Shown here in pieces: positions 23,049 through 32,425 of a stretch of DNA of 38,605 nt. The translations under genes and the position numbers were made by a program. Below the pieces are notes generated by a model. The model was not told where the DNA came from. It saw only the letters and a program-made list of their open reading frames with translations, and searched no databases. Source of the DNA: an uncultured delta proteobacterium (GTDB lineage: Bacteria; Desulfobacterota; Syntrophobacteria; Syntrophobacterales; Syntrophobacteraceae); contig CAWEHK010000045.1 in the NCBI GenBank assembly GCA_963808625.1, forward strand, positions 1 to 38,605, in the 5' to 3' direction. Within the stretch, counting starts at the first letter, position 1. The number at the start of each line of letters is the position of its first letter.

Positions 23049-23159
23049 CATAGTCTTTACAGAGTTGAGTGGTGCGGCACATGCATCGAACTGATTTCGG
23101 ATTTCTGAAAGCAGATTTCGCAAGGCAAAGCCAGCTGATCTCATGGAGATGGAAATTCA

Positions 23160-23217
23160 TTTATAACAATTTATACTTGATTCGTGATATAAACAGCTAT
23201 AAATGAATATAAACGAT
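23160..23217 (+). promoter_or_regulatory. Phased TATAAA operator-like array upstream of the AAA ATPase gene
   Basis: TTTATA at 23160 and 23170, and TATAAA at 23188, 23198 and 23208 (10-bp period). A TTGATT -35-like hexamer lies at 23177. Confidence 0.5.
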
Positions 23218-23242
23218 CTCGCACGGCACCGTGGAGCGCAGT

Positions 23243-24445
23243 ATGGATCCGATCAATAACCCATTTTCTCCCGGAGCAGGCTCTCCACCACCAGAGCTGG
23301 TCGGTCGCGACGCCATCCTTGAGCAAACTCGCATTTTGCTTGCTCGCGTTCGTCAGCGGCGTCCGGAAAAGAGTTTTTTGCTTACCGGGCTTCGCGGCGT
23401 CGGTAAGACCGTGTTGCTCAATGAAATAGAGCGAATTGCCGAGAAGGCTGAATATCGTACCATCCTGATCGAGGCACACGAAGACAAAGCTTTGGCCGCA
23501 ATGCTTGTTCCCTATCTCCGTCGGCTTCTCTTCGATCTCAATCGCTTGGCTGGCGCCGGCAACAAAGCTCGTCGGGGACTCGCTGTCCTCAGAAGCTTCA
23601 TCAGTGCGGTAAAGGTCAAAATTGCTGACGTCGAATTCGGGCTTGACATTGAGCCCGAGCGCGGTGCGGCCGACAGCGGCGACATCGAAGTCGACCTGAC
23701 CAACTTGTTTCTTGCGCTTGCGGAGGCAGCCGAGGAGCGGCGGGCTGCCGTGGCCATCCTCATCGACGAAATCCAGTACCTTGCTCAGGATGAGCTCAGC
23801 GCACTGATCATGGCCATGCACCGGATGCAGCAACGCCAACTGCCGTTGGTGCTCATTGGGGCCGGCTTGCCGATTCTGCCGGCGCTGGCTGGTGAGTCAA
23901 AGTCGTATGCCGAGCGCCTGTTCGAGTTCCCGGATGTCGGTCCTCTTTCGGAATCCGATGCGGCCAAGGCCTTACAGGACCCGGTCAAGACTGCTGGGTT
24001 GGAATTTACCGCGGCCGCCCTCCGCGATATTTTCCACATGACCCGCGGCTATCCCTATTTTCTTCAGGAATGGGGATACCAGGCGTGGAATCATGCCGAC
24101 CGATCCCCCATTACTGTGGAGGATGTTCGAAACGCAACAACCAAAGTCATCCCACGTCTCGATGCCAACTTCTTCCGTGTGCGTTTTGACCGACTCACGC
24201 CAGGAGAGAAGAACTATCTGCGGGCTATGGCCGAGCTCGGCCCAGGTGCTCACCGGTCCGGCGATATCGCGTCAGTCCTCGGCGTCAAGGTCACCAGCCT
24301 CGGTCCGGTTCGGGCAAAATTGATCAAGAAGGGCATGATCTACAGCCCCACTCATGGCGACATGGCCTTTACCGTACCTCTTTTCGACGAGTTCATGCGG
24401 CGTGCCATACCGGATTTCCAGGCCAGGTCTTACACCCCACAGTAG
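23243..24445 (+). CDS. AAA_16-like ATPase with C-terminal winged helix
   Basis: MDPINNPFSPGAGSPPPELVGRD, TGLRGVGKT, ILIDEIQY, AGLP, YAERLF, TRGYPYFLQ and RAKLIKKGMIY..G.MAFTVPLF. Confidence 0.88.
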   Translation: MDPINNPFSPGAGSPPPELVGRDAILEQTRILLARVRQRRPEKSFLLTGLRGVGKTVLLNEIERIAEKAEYRTILIEAHEDKALAAMLVPYLRRLLFDLNRLAGAGNKARRGLAVLRSFISAVKVKIADVEFGLDIEPERGAADSGDIEVDLTNLFLALAEAAEERRAAVAILIDEIQYLAQDELSALIMAMHRMQQRQLPLVLIGAGLPILPALAGESKSYAERLFEFPDVGPLSESDAAKALQDPVKTAGLEFTAAALRDIFHMTRGYPYFLQEWGYQAWNHADRSPITVEDVRNATTKVIPRLDANFFRVRFDRLTPGEKNYLRAMAELGPGAHRSGDIASVLGVKVTSLGPVRAKLIKKGMIYSPTHGDMAFTVPLFDEFMRRAIPDFQARSYTPQ

Positions 24446-24757
24446 CAAGAGTTCAGCTGAAAATTCGCTTCTATATTGGCCCGGAGAACAGATTTGCCCC
24501 ACCATTACAGGCATGACGGGTCTGAAGAGGAGGCCATAGCAGAGGACGAGGCTGCATGCGAGGATTCATCACAGACATTCCTGGAGATTCCCAAGGACTT
24601 GATCCCTGTCGTACGTGAACTGCTTGCCAAGAGGGCAGGGAAGGCAGCCAGCAGGACAGCGCAGCCAAGAAGCCGGGGGCTGACAAAGCTAACAAATTGA
24701 TACACCGTGGAAAGTTTCTTCTCCCTGACACGCTCTTGTGGCCGCAACAGGAAGATG

Positions 24758-26107
24758 TCACATTATTCGGCGCCAGCGGGCGGCGAAGAACCCGTCCACG
24801 CCGTGGCGATGGGGCCATGACCTGAAGAAACTTCCTTTAAGCATCTGGCGGCAACGGTCGGGGAGGAATTCTGCTGCCGATTCCAAATTCCAGCCTTGAT
24901 GGCGCCGGCAAAAGCCTTCGGCCACCCCCTCGTCTTCCTCCGCAAAGACCGTGCAGGTAGCATAAACAAGCACCCCATTAGGTTTCACAAAGAGCGACGC
25001 GTGTTCCAGTAGCTGCTTTTGAAGCTGAGAAAAGCGGTAAGGGTCTTTGAGGTGGCGGCGCCATTTGATGTCGGGTTTTCGGCGCAGGGTCCCGAAACCG
25101 CTGCAGGGCGCGTCCAGGAGCACCCGGTCAAAGCTTCCCAAGATTTCAGGCCGCAGTTCCAGGGCATCGCTCGCGAGAGTCCTGATGATGCCGATGCCCT
25201 GTCTGCGGGCGTTCTGCTGCAACTCCTGAAGCTTCCAGGAAGACTGATCGACGGCGACGATCTCCCCGTCGTTTTGCATCAGGCCTCCGATATGGGTGGA
25301 TTTGCCACCAAACCCGGCGCAGATATCCAGAATGCGCTCTCCCGGCTGGGGGTCGAGGACCACGGAGATGAGCTGCGAGGCTTCATCCTGAACATGGATC
25401 CACCCATTCTTATAGATGGATAGTTGCGTAATATCCTGGCGAATTCCGGAGAGCCGGACGGCAGTCGCCAGATAGGGAGAAGGTTCAGCCTTCAAACCTT
25501 TCCCCTGTAAAAATTCCACCACTTCACCGGCAGAAGCGCGGTGGGTGTTGACGCGCAACACCATGGGCGCGACGGTGTTGCTCGCCTGACAAAAGGACCG
25601 GGTTTCGTCGAAATCGAATTCATCCAAACACCTGCGCACAAACCAACGCGGATGTGAAGTGGTGATCGCCAGGTGCTCGTCCGGTGCCGTCTCCGGTGAA
25701 GGCCATTCCCATTTGCCCTCGCGGCGGATGGCTTCGCGCAGAATAGCATTCACGAAGCGAACGAGATATGGAGGTTGCGTGGACTTGGCGATTTTCACGG
25801 TCTCGTTTACCGCCGCATGGTCGGGAACGCGGTCGAGATAGAGGACCTGATAGAGCGCCAGGCGCAGCAGGATACCGATCTCGGGCGCGATTTTACGGCG
25901 CTCAACGCGGCTCAGTTGGTCCACATGCCAGTCGAGGAGTCCCCGCCATCGCAGGACGCCATAAACCAGTTCCGTGAGCAGGGCGCGATCTTCCTCCCTG
26001 AGGCCGGCATGACGCTGCAGCGCCGCGCGAATGAGACGATCGGGGTAGGAGGCCTGTTTTTCGAGATTGAGGAGGACCTGATAAGCCAACTGTCTGGCGT
26101 TGATCAT
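24758..26107 (-). CDS. rsmB: 16S rRNA m5C967 methyltransferase RsmB
   Basis: NusB-like N-terminus, VQDEASQ, LDICAGFGGKS, VLLDAPCSG.G, VYATCT and DGFFAA. Confidence 0.95.
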   Translation of the reverse strand: MINARQLAYQVLLNLEKQASYPDRLIRAALQRHAGLREEDRALLTELVYGVLRWRGLLDWHVDQLSRVERRKIAPEIGILLRLALYQVLYLDRVPDHAAVNETVKIAKSTQPPYLVRFVNAILREAIRREGKWEWPSPETAPDEHLAITTSHPRWFVRRCLDEFDFDETRSFCQASNTVAPMVLRVNTHRASAGEVVEFLQGKGLKAEPSPYLATAVRLSGIRQDITQLSIYKNGWIHVQDEASQLISVVLDPQPGERILDICAGFGGKSTHIGGLMQNDGEIVAVDQSSWKLQELQQNARRQGIGIIRTLASDALELRPEILGSFDRVLLDAPCSGFGTLRRKPDIKWRRHLKDPYRFSQLQKQLLEHASLFVKPNGVLVYATCTVFAEEDEGVAEGFCRRHQGWNLESAAEFLPDRCRQMLKGSFFRSWPHRHGVDGFFAARWRRIM

Positions 26108-26910
26108 GGTCCTTCCTGTTTCATGGAGGCGATTTCCCGGAGCACGGCGTCAACGCGATCGAGGGCGACCCGGGTATTGAGGCAGGGTCCGAAGGGGCGT
26201 TCATTAAAGATCCCATAGACGGGCAGAGGGGTCGTGTCCTGAATGCCGCTCGTCAAATCCCGTTCGCAGGCGACGGCAATGATCAGGTCCGGGCGTTTCT
26301 CAATGACAATGCGGCGGGCAATGGTGCCGCCGGTAGCTACCGCAAGGTCAACCCCGTAGCTGGTGGACATCTCCAGCAGGTCCTTGATCGGGCATTTGCC
26401 ACAGCCTTTGCAGTTTTCCACCCGATGTGTGATCTTCACGGTGCATTCGCTGTCCTGCAAACAGTGGGGCATGAGGAGCAGGATCTTGTGGGGAGGATGT
26501 CCGTTCCGACATTGGGCCATGACGAGCTCGTTATTCACGGCCACAAAGGCATGCTGCACCTCCTCTCGACGGAGCCCGACAAGCTTGCCCACCACAACGA
26601 GGACGGGAAGCAGGGCCTTGGTGGCAATGCTGCGAAGCGGTCGCGAAAACGGCACATCATGACCGAGGAGAGTGACGGCAATGAGCAGCCCAAGGGCCAA
26701 CAGCACCAGGCCCCCCAGGGTTGCAATGATGAGGCCCATGATCCAGGGGAGCTGCGTGTTGATGCGCGCGAATCCGTAATAGGGAACCACATAAAAGATG
26801 GCGAGGATCGTCGCAACGATTATGGCGGTCAACCCGAGAAGGCCAACCAGGGTTAATTCTCGCCGGTCTGTCCTGGAGGGTTCTAAATGATCTGCCTGGT
26901 TACGTGACAT
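26104..26910 (-). CDS. DUF116 domain membrane protein
   Basis: LLMPHCLQ, CKGCGKC, ATGGTIAR, AVACERDL and GPCLNT. Lies between fmt and rsmB. Confidence 0.88.
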   Translation of the reverse strand: MSRNQADHLEPSRTDRRELTLVGLLGLTAIIVATILAIFYVVPYYGFARINTQLPWIMGLIIATLGGLVLLALGLLIAVTLLGHDVPFSRPLRSIATKALLPVLVVVGKLVGLRREEVQHAFVAVNNELVMAQCRNGHPPHKILLLMPHCLQDSECTVKITHRVENCKGCGKCPIKDLLEMSTSYGVDLAVATGGTIARRIVIEKRPDLIIAVACERDLTSGIQDTTPLPVYGIFNERPFGPCLNTRVALDRVDAVLREIASMKQEGP

Positions 26911-26958
26911 AACAAGAGTGAGAGTTCTTAGGAAATGTGAACCGTCGCCTTGCGCCCA

Positions 26959-27936
26959 TCATTCGAGCAAAGACCCAGCGGGCATGGTATGTCCCCGGAG
27001 GAATTCCGCCGCTTTCAGGCGGCGTTGACCTTCCAATTGCAATTGACCAATGACGAGACCCTGACCGTCACCACCGAGGACTACCAGGCCTCTTTCGGTG
27101 CAGCCGACAATCTCCCCTGCCCTGCCCTCACCTTTCCACGACAGGAGCCCCGCCTGAAAGAATTTCAAGCGCTCTCCCCGTAGAAACCCGTAGGCCCCGG
27201 GCAACGGGTCGAAGGCCCGGATGGTATCGACAATCCGATGCGCGGGTGCCTCCCAGATAAGGCGCCCTTCCGCCTTGATCAGAGGAGGGGCGTACGTTGC
27301 CAGCCGATCTTCCTGGGGCACCGGTACAACACGCCCGGCCTGCCATTGCTTCAGCGTTTCCAGCAGAAGATCGGCCCCCACCTGCGCCATCTTGTCGTGC
27401 AAACTGCCAAAAGTCTCGTCTTCTTCGAGCGGAACCTCCTGTTGGGTAAGGATCGGGCCCGTGTCCATCCCGGCATCCAGCAGCATAATCGTTACACCGG
27501 TCCGGGCTTCCCCAGCGAGAAGACAGCGCTGAATCGGGGCCGCACCGCGATAGGAAGGCAACAGCGAGGCGTGGACATTCAGCGTTCCGAGCGCAAAGGC
27601 GTCGAGAAACGTTCGTGATAATATCTGACCATATGCCACCACGATGGCACATTCCGCTCGGTAGCTGCGAACGTGCTCGATCGCATCATTGTCCTTCAGC
27701 CGCACTGGTTGATATACCGGGATCCCGAATGCTTCCGCCACCACTTTGACAGGAGGCGCACCAAGCTTTTTGCCGCGACCGCGAGGACGATCGGGCTGAG
27801 TAACCACCAAAAGGATCGAAGCCTGCGCCCTCACCAGCCTCTTCAGCGAGGGTAAGGCGAATTCCGGCGTTCCCAGGAAAATCAGGCTCGGCAGTTCGGG
27901 ATTTATGGCTTTGCCTCTCGCTGCTTTTTCTTCCAT
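26959..27936 (-). CDS. fmt: Methionyl-tRNA formyltransferase
   Basis: IFLGTPEFA, VVTQPDRPRGRG, VVAYGQIL, NVHASLLP.YRGAAPIQ and MDTGP. Confidence 0.97.
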   Translation of the reverse strand: MEEKAARGKAINPELPSLIFLGTPEFALPSLKRLVRAQASILLVVTQPDRPRGRGKKLGAPPVKVVAEAFGIPVYQPVRLKDNDAIEHVRSYRAECAIVVAYGQILSRTFLDAFALGTLNVHASLLPSYRGAAPIQRCLLAGEARTGVTIMLLDAGMDTGPILTQQEVPLEEDETFGSLHDKMAQVGADLLLETLKQWQAGRVVPVPQEDRLATYAPPLIKAEGRLIWEAPAHRIVDTIRAFDPLPGAYGFLRGERLKFFQAGLLSWKGEGRAGEIVGCTERGLVVLGGDGQGLVIGQLQLEGQRRLKAAEFLRGHTMPAGSLLE

Positions 27937-28415
27937 TTCCTGATAAAGATATCCTTCGAAATGGACCCGATGTGATCGATAAACAGCTTCCCATTCAGGT
28001 GGTCCATTTCGTGCTGCAAGGCAATGGCGAGCAGACCGGACGCCTGAATTTCCACGGGGTCCTGATTCTCATCAACCCCACGCACGGTGATTTGGTCAAA
28101 CCGCTTCACCACCGCAAAGAACTCGGGAACACTCAGGCATCCCTCCTCATAGGTTATCTCCCCTCCAGCGGCAACGACTTGAGGATTGATCAGGACAATA
28201 AGACCGTGTTCGTAATCGGGTTTTTGGAGATCGATGACCAGCACCTGTTGCGGCTCGCCCACCTGGTTCGCAGCCAAGCCGATTCCAGGAGCATTATACA
28301 TGGTCTCTGCCATATCTTCTACCAATTTGCAGAGATTCCGGTCAAAGACCCTCACCGGGGAAGCCTTCATCCGTAAGATTTGGTCAGGATACGTACAAAT
28401 ATTCAACAACGCCAT
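27903..28415 (-). CDS. def: Peptide deformylase
   Basis: GIGLAANQVG, EEGCLSVP and QHEMDHLNG. The ATG at 28415 is preceded by AAGGAAGAG. Confidence 0.97.
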   Translation of the reverse strand: MALLNICTYPDQILRMKASPVRVFDRNLCKLVEDMAETMYNAPGIGLAANQVGEPQQVLVIDLQKPDYEHGLIVLINPQVVAAGGEITYEEGCLSVPEFFAVVKRFDQITVRGVDENQDPVEIQASGLLAIALQHEMDHLNGKLFIDHIGSISKDIFIRKWKKKQREAKP

Positions 28416-28706
28416 CCACTCTTCCTTTGGCTGGGCGGGGACATCGCTTGGACAATTATTGTCAACGGTCGACAAGCCGGGAACGACCGACGCCTGCGGC
28501 GACCTTTCCTACGCGCCTTATTCTAAGCACACCGCGATTTCTTTTCAACCGATACCGGCTTTGTTCGAGTGCGGGATATTATCCTTTCATCACCACCCCA
28601 TTCATAATCTTTTCATAACTCGATAGTATAGGAATTTGCATTTTTCCTCAATGAAATCAATTGAGTCATGATAGAAAGGTAGGTGGACCGAGAGTAGGGG
28701 GAGAGG

Positions 28707-30005
28707 GTAGAAGCGATTGATCGGAACATCTTCCGTCAGATATTCGAGGAACATTGGATCGAGTTCAAAGAGCGCCATCCGCCGTATGCTGGAGGGTATT
28801 ACGAAGAGGTGGTGCAAAAGATGTTGGGTTGTGGAAAGGAAGCGGGAGGATACAGCGAATACCTGTGCACCTGTTGCGGGAAGGATATGCGGCGGATTGC
28901 CTTTACCTGTAAGAGTTGCTTTTGTTTGTCGTGTTGCAAAGGATACACGGATGATTTTGTGGCGCAGGTCAGCCGTGTATTGCAGCCTGGAGTGAGATAC
29001 CGTCATATGATCCTGACGGTTCCTGAGCAACAACGGATTATCTTCTATCGAGATCGGCATGAGGGGAAGCTCTTGTCGGCACTGATGCGTTGTGGGTATG
29101 AGTGCCTTGAAGATGTGGTGAGCTGCGCGGTGAGGCAGCAGGTGAAGATTGGAGCGATCGGTGTGGTGCAAACTCATGGTCGGTCTGGGCACTATAATCC
29201 GCATCTTCACATTATCATGAGCAGTGGAGGGGTCAACGAAGAGACGGGTAAGTGGGTGGAGTTGGGGTATTTTCCGTATGAGATCATCCACAAGAAGTGG
29301 CAATATCATCTCTTTAAGATGCTTAAGGAGATGGTTCCAACGACGGAGATGAGGTCCTTGATTGATGCTCTCTGGAAGAAGTACCCGAGAGGACTTGTTG
29401 CCCATGTGACCAAAGGAAAAGTTCCAGAGCAATGCCGAGGCTTGGCCAAATACCTGGCCAAATATGTTGCCTCTCCTCCGATAGCCGTAAGACGGATCAT
29501 GGGCTACACCGGTCAGGAAGTGACGTACTGGTACAAGGATCACCAGACAAAGAAAAAAGAAGTGGTCACGGTCAACGTGATGACCTTCATTGGACGGATG
29601 GTTCAACATATTTTTCCGAAAGGATTTCAGCGGCTCCGCTACTATGGTCTGCAAGCAACGAAGACCTTCAAGAAATGGGTGGAGGTGATTAGGGAAGGAT
29701 TACGTAGGGTAGGGCGAGTTATCAAGGGTACTTATGAGGTGGTTGCATCCAAGAAGTATCGTGAAAGGTTCCAGGAGATGAGCGGTCGAGATCCGCTGAT
29801 TTGCAGATTCTGTGGTCGGGAGATGGATCTCTGGAAGATATGGCACCCCAAGTACGGGACGATCTACGATGAGTGGGAAAACCTCAAAGCGGGCAAATAC
29901 GAAAGAATCGCTAAGAACAGAGATGGAACTTCAGGATGGGGAGGATATTCCCTTTGGCCCCCCTCCGGAGGAGTACAATTATCGCTGTTCCCTGTGCGGG
30001 TGTGA
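28707..30005 (+). CDS. IS91-family (Y2) transposase with N-terminal Zn-binding domain
   Basis: CTCCG...FTCKSCFCLSC (Zn), HMILTVP, HUH motif GRSGHYNPHLHII, LAKYLAKYV, GFQRLRYYG and DPLICRFCG. The frame is open from 28707 (GTA, where copy 2 has a GTG start); the ORF track begins at 28809. Confidence 0.93.
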   Translation, partial: VEAIDRNIFRQIFEEHWIEFKERHPPYAGGYYEEVVQKMLGCGKEAGGYSEYLCTCCGKDMRRIAFTCKSCFCLSCCKGYTDDFVAQVSRVLQPGVRYRHMILTVPEQQRIIFYRDRHEGKLLSALMRCGYECLEDVVSCAVRQQVKIGAIGVVQTHGRSGHYNPHLHIIMSSGGVNEETGKWVELGYFPYEIIHKKWQYHLFKMLKEMVPTTEMRSLIDALWKKYPRGLVAHVTKGKVPEQCRGLAKYLAKYVASPPIAVRRIMGYTGQEVTYWYKDHQTKKKEVVTVNVMTFIGRMVQHIFPKGFQRLRYYGLQATKTFKKWVEVIREGLRRVGRVIKGTYEVVASKKYRERFQEMSGRDPLICRFCGREMDLWKIWHPKYGTIYDEWENLKAGKYERIAKNRDGTSGWGGYSLWPPSGGVQLSLFPVRV

Positions 30006-30156
30006 AGTGTGGGTCAACGAGGCGATCATCGATTTCGAGCTTGGCTTTGCCGAGTTTGAGGGAAGAGAAGTAGTTATGCCTGTTATTGGGTGTCCTGGCT
30101 GTAACCGGGAGACTATGCAATACACCGGGATCAAAAGTCCGCCCGAAGGGCGCTAA
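29923..30156 (+). CDS. 77-aa acidic Zn-ribbon-like accessory protein of the IS91-type element
   Basis: MELQDGEDIPFGPPPEEYNYRCSLCGCEVWVNE...IGCPGCNRETM has two CxxC pairs. It overlaps the 3' end of tnp in another frame and ends just after the terminal hairpin. Confidence 0.6.
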   Translation: MELQDGEDIPFGPPPEEYNYRCSLCGCEVWVNEAIIDFELGFAEFEGREVVMPVIGCPGCNRETMQYTGIKSPPEGR

Positions 30157-30548
30157 GTCCAAGTTCGACATGCCTTGGCAAAGTCATTAGCGTGGGCCGA
30201 TTGGGCCTCACAATGGCTCATTCGGAAGTATTGCTGTGAAATGTCAGTCTGTTCTGCCGGCAGAGGTGGCCGAGTCCCTTGGTCACCAAACCTTAACCCG
30301 GGCTGAGGCGTTACTGATTGTCTTCGAGGAAATCAGCGCCTTCTTAGCCGATGTTGAGGCATAATTACTCGGAGTTTCTGAGGAAAGGGAGTTTGCCCTG
30401 CCGGGTGTACGGACCTTAAACATATCCGATTCAAGCATCCCTGTTTATCAAGTCACTTGTTTTTGGAAGGAGGTGAGAAACAGCGTTAAGTCGCCGGGAT
30501 ATTTTGATGAACCCTGATGGCAATCAAACCGGAGAAAGGGGGATAAGC

Positions 30549-31517
30549 ATGACCGAAGAATCTAAAATCATGACGATGCAGGAGGCAATTTCAAAGTTCG
30601 TTAAGGACGGGATGACGCTTTACATCAGTGCCGTCTGGGCCAACCATGCTGCCGCTGCCGCCCACGAGATCATCAGACAGGGCAAAAAGAACCTCACTTT
30701 GATTGAGAGTTCCCCAGGAGAGATTTTCGATCAGATGATTGGCGCGGGATGCGCGAGGAGACTCATTCTGTCCTGGTCGGCCAACGAAGCGTTTGGAACG
30801 GGATACCGTTTTCGAAGAGCTGTCGAAAAGGGTTTGGTAGAGGTAGAGGATTACTCGAATTTCGGGCTCACATCCAAGTTGATGGCCGGCGCAATGGGTA
30901 TCCCCTTTATGCCGATACTCTCCCAGAAGGGCTCTTCTATCAATGAAATCAGCACATTTCTCGGAGAGAACAAACTGAAACACATGAACTGTCCATTCAC
31001 CGGGCAGAAGGTGACTCTTATCTCAGGCATAAATCCCGATGTCTCCATCATCCATTGTCAGCGTGCGGACAGAGAGGGAAACGTTCAGACATGGGGCTCC
31101 GTTTTCTCGGCAAAGTGGGGAACACTCGCCGGTAAGACGATTATTGCAAGCGTGGAGGAAATTGTTGATACGGAGACGATAAGACGAAATCCGGAACTGA
31201 CTCTTGTGCCCGGCTTCAGGGTGGCGGCGATCGTCCATGAACCATGGGGTGCTCACCCTGGGCATTTATTCGGGTTCCACGATGATGACCGTTGGTTCAG
31301 ATATATGTATGCAAACTTTGTAGCTGATGATGATAACAAATTCAAACAGTTCATGGATGAATGGGTCTATGGTGTTCAAGACAGGGCAGGATACATTGCC
31401 CATTACATCGAGAAGTTTGGATATAAGCGGCTGATGAGGCTGAAACCGCAACCATTCTACAGCGATCCGATAAACTACGGCACCTATCCCTTTGACACAA
31501 TGAACATGGATCTATAG
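30549..31517 (+). CDS. gctA: Family I CoA-transferase alpha subunit (glutaconate/3-oxoadipate type)
   Basis: KIMTMQEAISKFVKDG, HEIIRQGKKNL, DQMIGAG, AGAMGIPFMP, HCQRADREGN and HEPWGAHP. Substrate cannot be determined from sequence. Confidence 0.8.
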   Translation: MTEESKIMTMQEAISKFVKDGMTLYISAVWANHAAAAAHEIIRQGKKNLTLIESSPGEIFDQMIGAGCARRLILSWSANEAFGTGYRFRRAVEKGLVEVEDYSNFGLTSKLMAGAMGIPFMPILSQKGSSINEISTFLGENKLKHMNCPFTGQKVTLISGINPDVSIIHCQRADREGNVQTWGSVFSAKWGTLAGKTIIASVEEIVDTETIRRNPELTLVPGFRVAAIVHEPWGAHPGHLFGFHDDDRWFRYMYANFVADDDNKFKQFMDEWVYGVQDRAGYIAHYIEKFGYKRLMRLKPQPFYSDPINYGTYPFDTMNMDL

Positions 31518-31528
31518 GAGGGAGAGCT

Positions 31529-32365
31529 ATGAGCGACAACATCTATGCAAAAGATTATACGCTGCCCGAGCTGATGATTACCGCCTGTGCCAGGGAAATA
31601 AAAGATGGAGAAAGAGTCTTGATTGGTGTGGGGCTACCCCTCCTCGGAGCCATGCTGGCAAAGAGAACCCATGCTCCTAACTGTAAAATGGCTTATGAAA
31701 CAGGGTCATTTGATTCTTCACCATCGAGGACGCCGTTCAGTGTTGTCGATCCTGATCTGGTACCGAGAGCGATTTTCGCCGGGCAATTGACGGACATCAT
31801 GACTCTTTTTCTGCAAAGAGGTTTTATTGATATAGGCTTTGTAGGCGGAGCCCAGGTCGATATGTACGGCAATTTGAATTCTACGTGCTTTGGGAATTAT
31901 CTCAAACCATCTGTCAGGTTCCCGGGAAGCGGAGGAGCGCACGACTTCGGGGCCTTTGCCAAGAGAAGCTTAATCGTTATGGTTCATGAAAAGCGTCGCT
32001 TTGTCGAGAAATGCGACTATGTCACAACTCCCGGGTTTCTGAGCGGTGGAAACAGTCGATACGAGGAGGGATTACCGGAAGGAACGGGGCCTGCTGCCGT
32101 TATTTCTACGAGAGGGGTGTTCAGGTTCAGTCCGAACACAAAAGAGATGTATCTGGAGACCCATCATCCCGGGATAACGGTAGATTCAATAAAAGAAAAC
32201 GTAAACTGGGACCTGGAGATATCGCCGATTGTGCGGGAGACCGAACCGCCGACGGAAGAACAGCTAAGAATCATTAGAGAGCTCGATCCGGAAGGTTTCT
32301 TCTTAAGAAGGGCAGAGTTTAACAAAAAAATAAAAGCTCAAGCCGAAAGCATGGGATGGCTCTGA
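31529..32365 (+). CDS. gctB: Family I CoA-transferase beta subunit
   Basis: ELMITACAREI.DGE.V.IGVG, the catalytic Glu in AYETG, GGAQVDMYGNLN, FPGSGG, DYVTTPG and HPG. GGAGG RBS. Confidence 0.82.
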   Translation: MSDNIYAKDYTLPELMITACAREIKDGERVLIGVGLPLLGAMLAKRTHAPNCKMAYETGSFDSSPSRTPFSVVDPDLVPRAIFAGQLTDIMTLFLQRGFIDIGFVGGAQVDMYGNLNSTCFGNYLKPSVRFPGSGGAHDFGAFAKRSLIVMVHEKRRFVEKCDYVTTPGFLSGGNSRYEEGLPEGTGPAAVISTRGVFRFSPNTKEMYLETHHPGITVDSIKENVNWDLEISPIVRETEPPTEEQLRIIRELDPEGFFLRRAEFNKKIKAQAESMGWL

Positions 32366-32397
32366 GAAGACGATCCTACAGCCGGACATATGCTATG

Positions 32398-32425
32398 AGC
32401 CGCCTCATTCTCTAATGGGGCGGCT
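32398..32425 (+). terminator. Hairpin downstream of gctB (possible terminator)
   Basis: AGCCGCCTCATT-ctct-AATGGGGCGGCT forms a 12-bp stem with one G-U pair. The U-tract is weak. Confidence 0.45.

Larger units (their letters stand above)
28623..30166 (+). mobile_element. IS91-family rolling-circle element, copy 1 (apparently complete)
   Basis: The left end CTCG|ATAGTATAGGAATTTGCATTTTT is oriIS-like, and 23 bp are identical to copy 2. Contains a Y2-HUH transposase. The right end has a hairpin CGCCCGAAGGGCG (30140-30152) followed by GTTC (30163-30166), which is terIS-like. Boundaries are uncertain by a few bp. Confidence 0.75.

Noticed and set aside
24476..24700. 74-aa ORF downstream of the AAA ATPase (EIPKDLIPVVRELLAKR)
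   Set aside because: It has a weak TTG start and no clear RBS or family match. It may be a gene remnant, but I cannot support a call.
28602..29654. 350-aa minus-strand ORF, and the similar 34378-35052 ORF
   Set aside because: These are antisense shadows of the IS91 transposases with no recognisable motifs. They resemble each other only because the transposases do.
30175..30191. Sigma-54-like TGGCA...TTAGC upstream of gctA
   Set aside because: The GG-to-GC spacing is off by one base from the strict -24/-12 requirement.
30191..30364. Open frame ending ...EEISAFLADVEA*
   Set aside because: It has no convincing start and no recognisable homology. At most it is a remnant.
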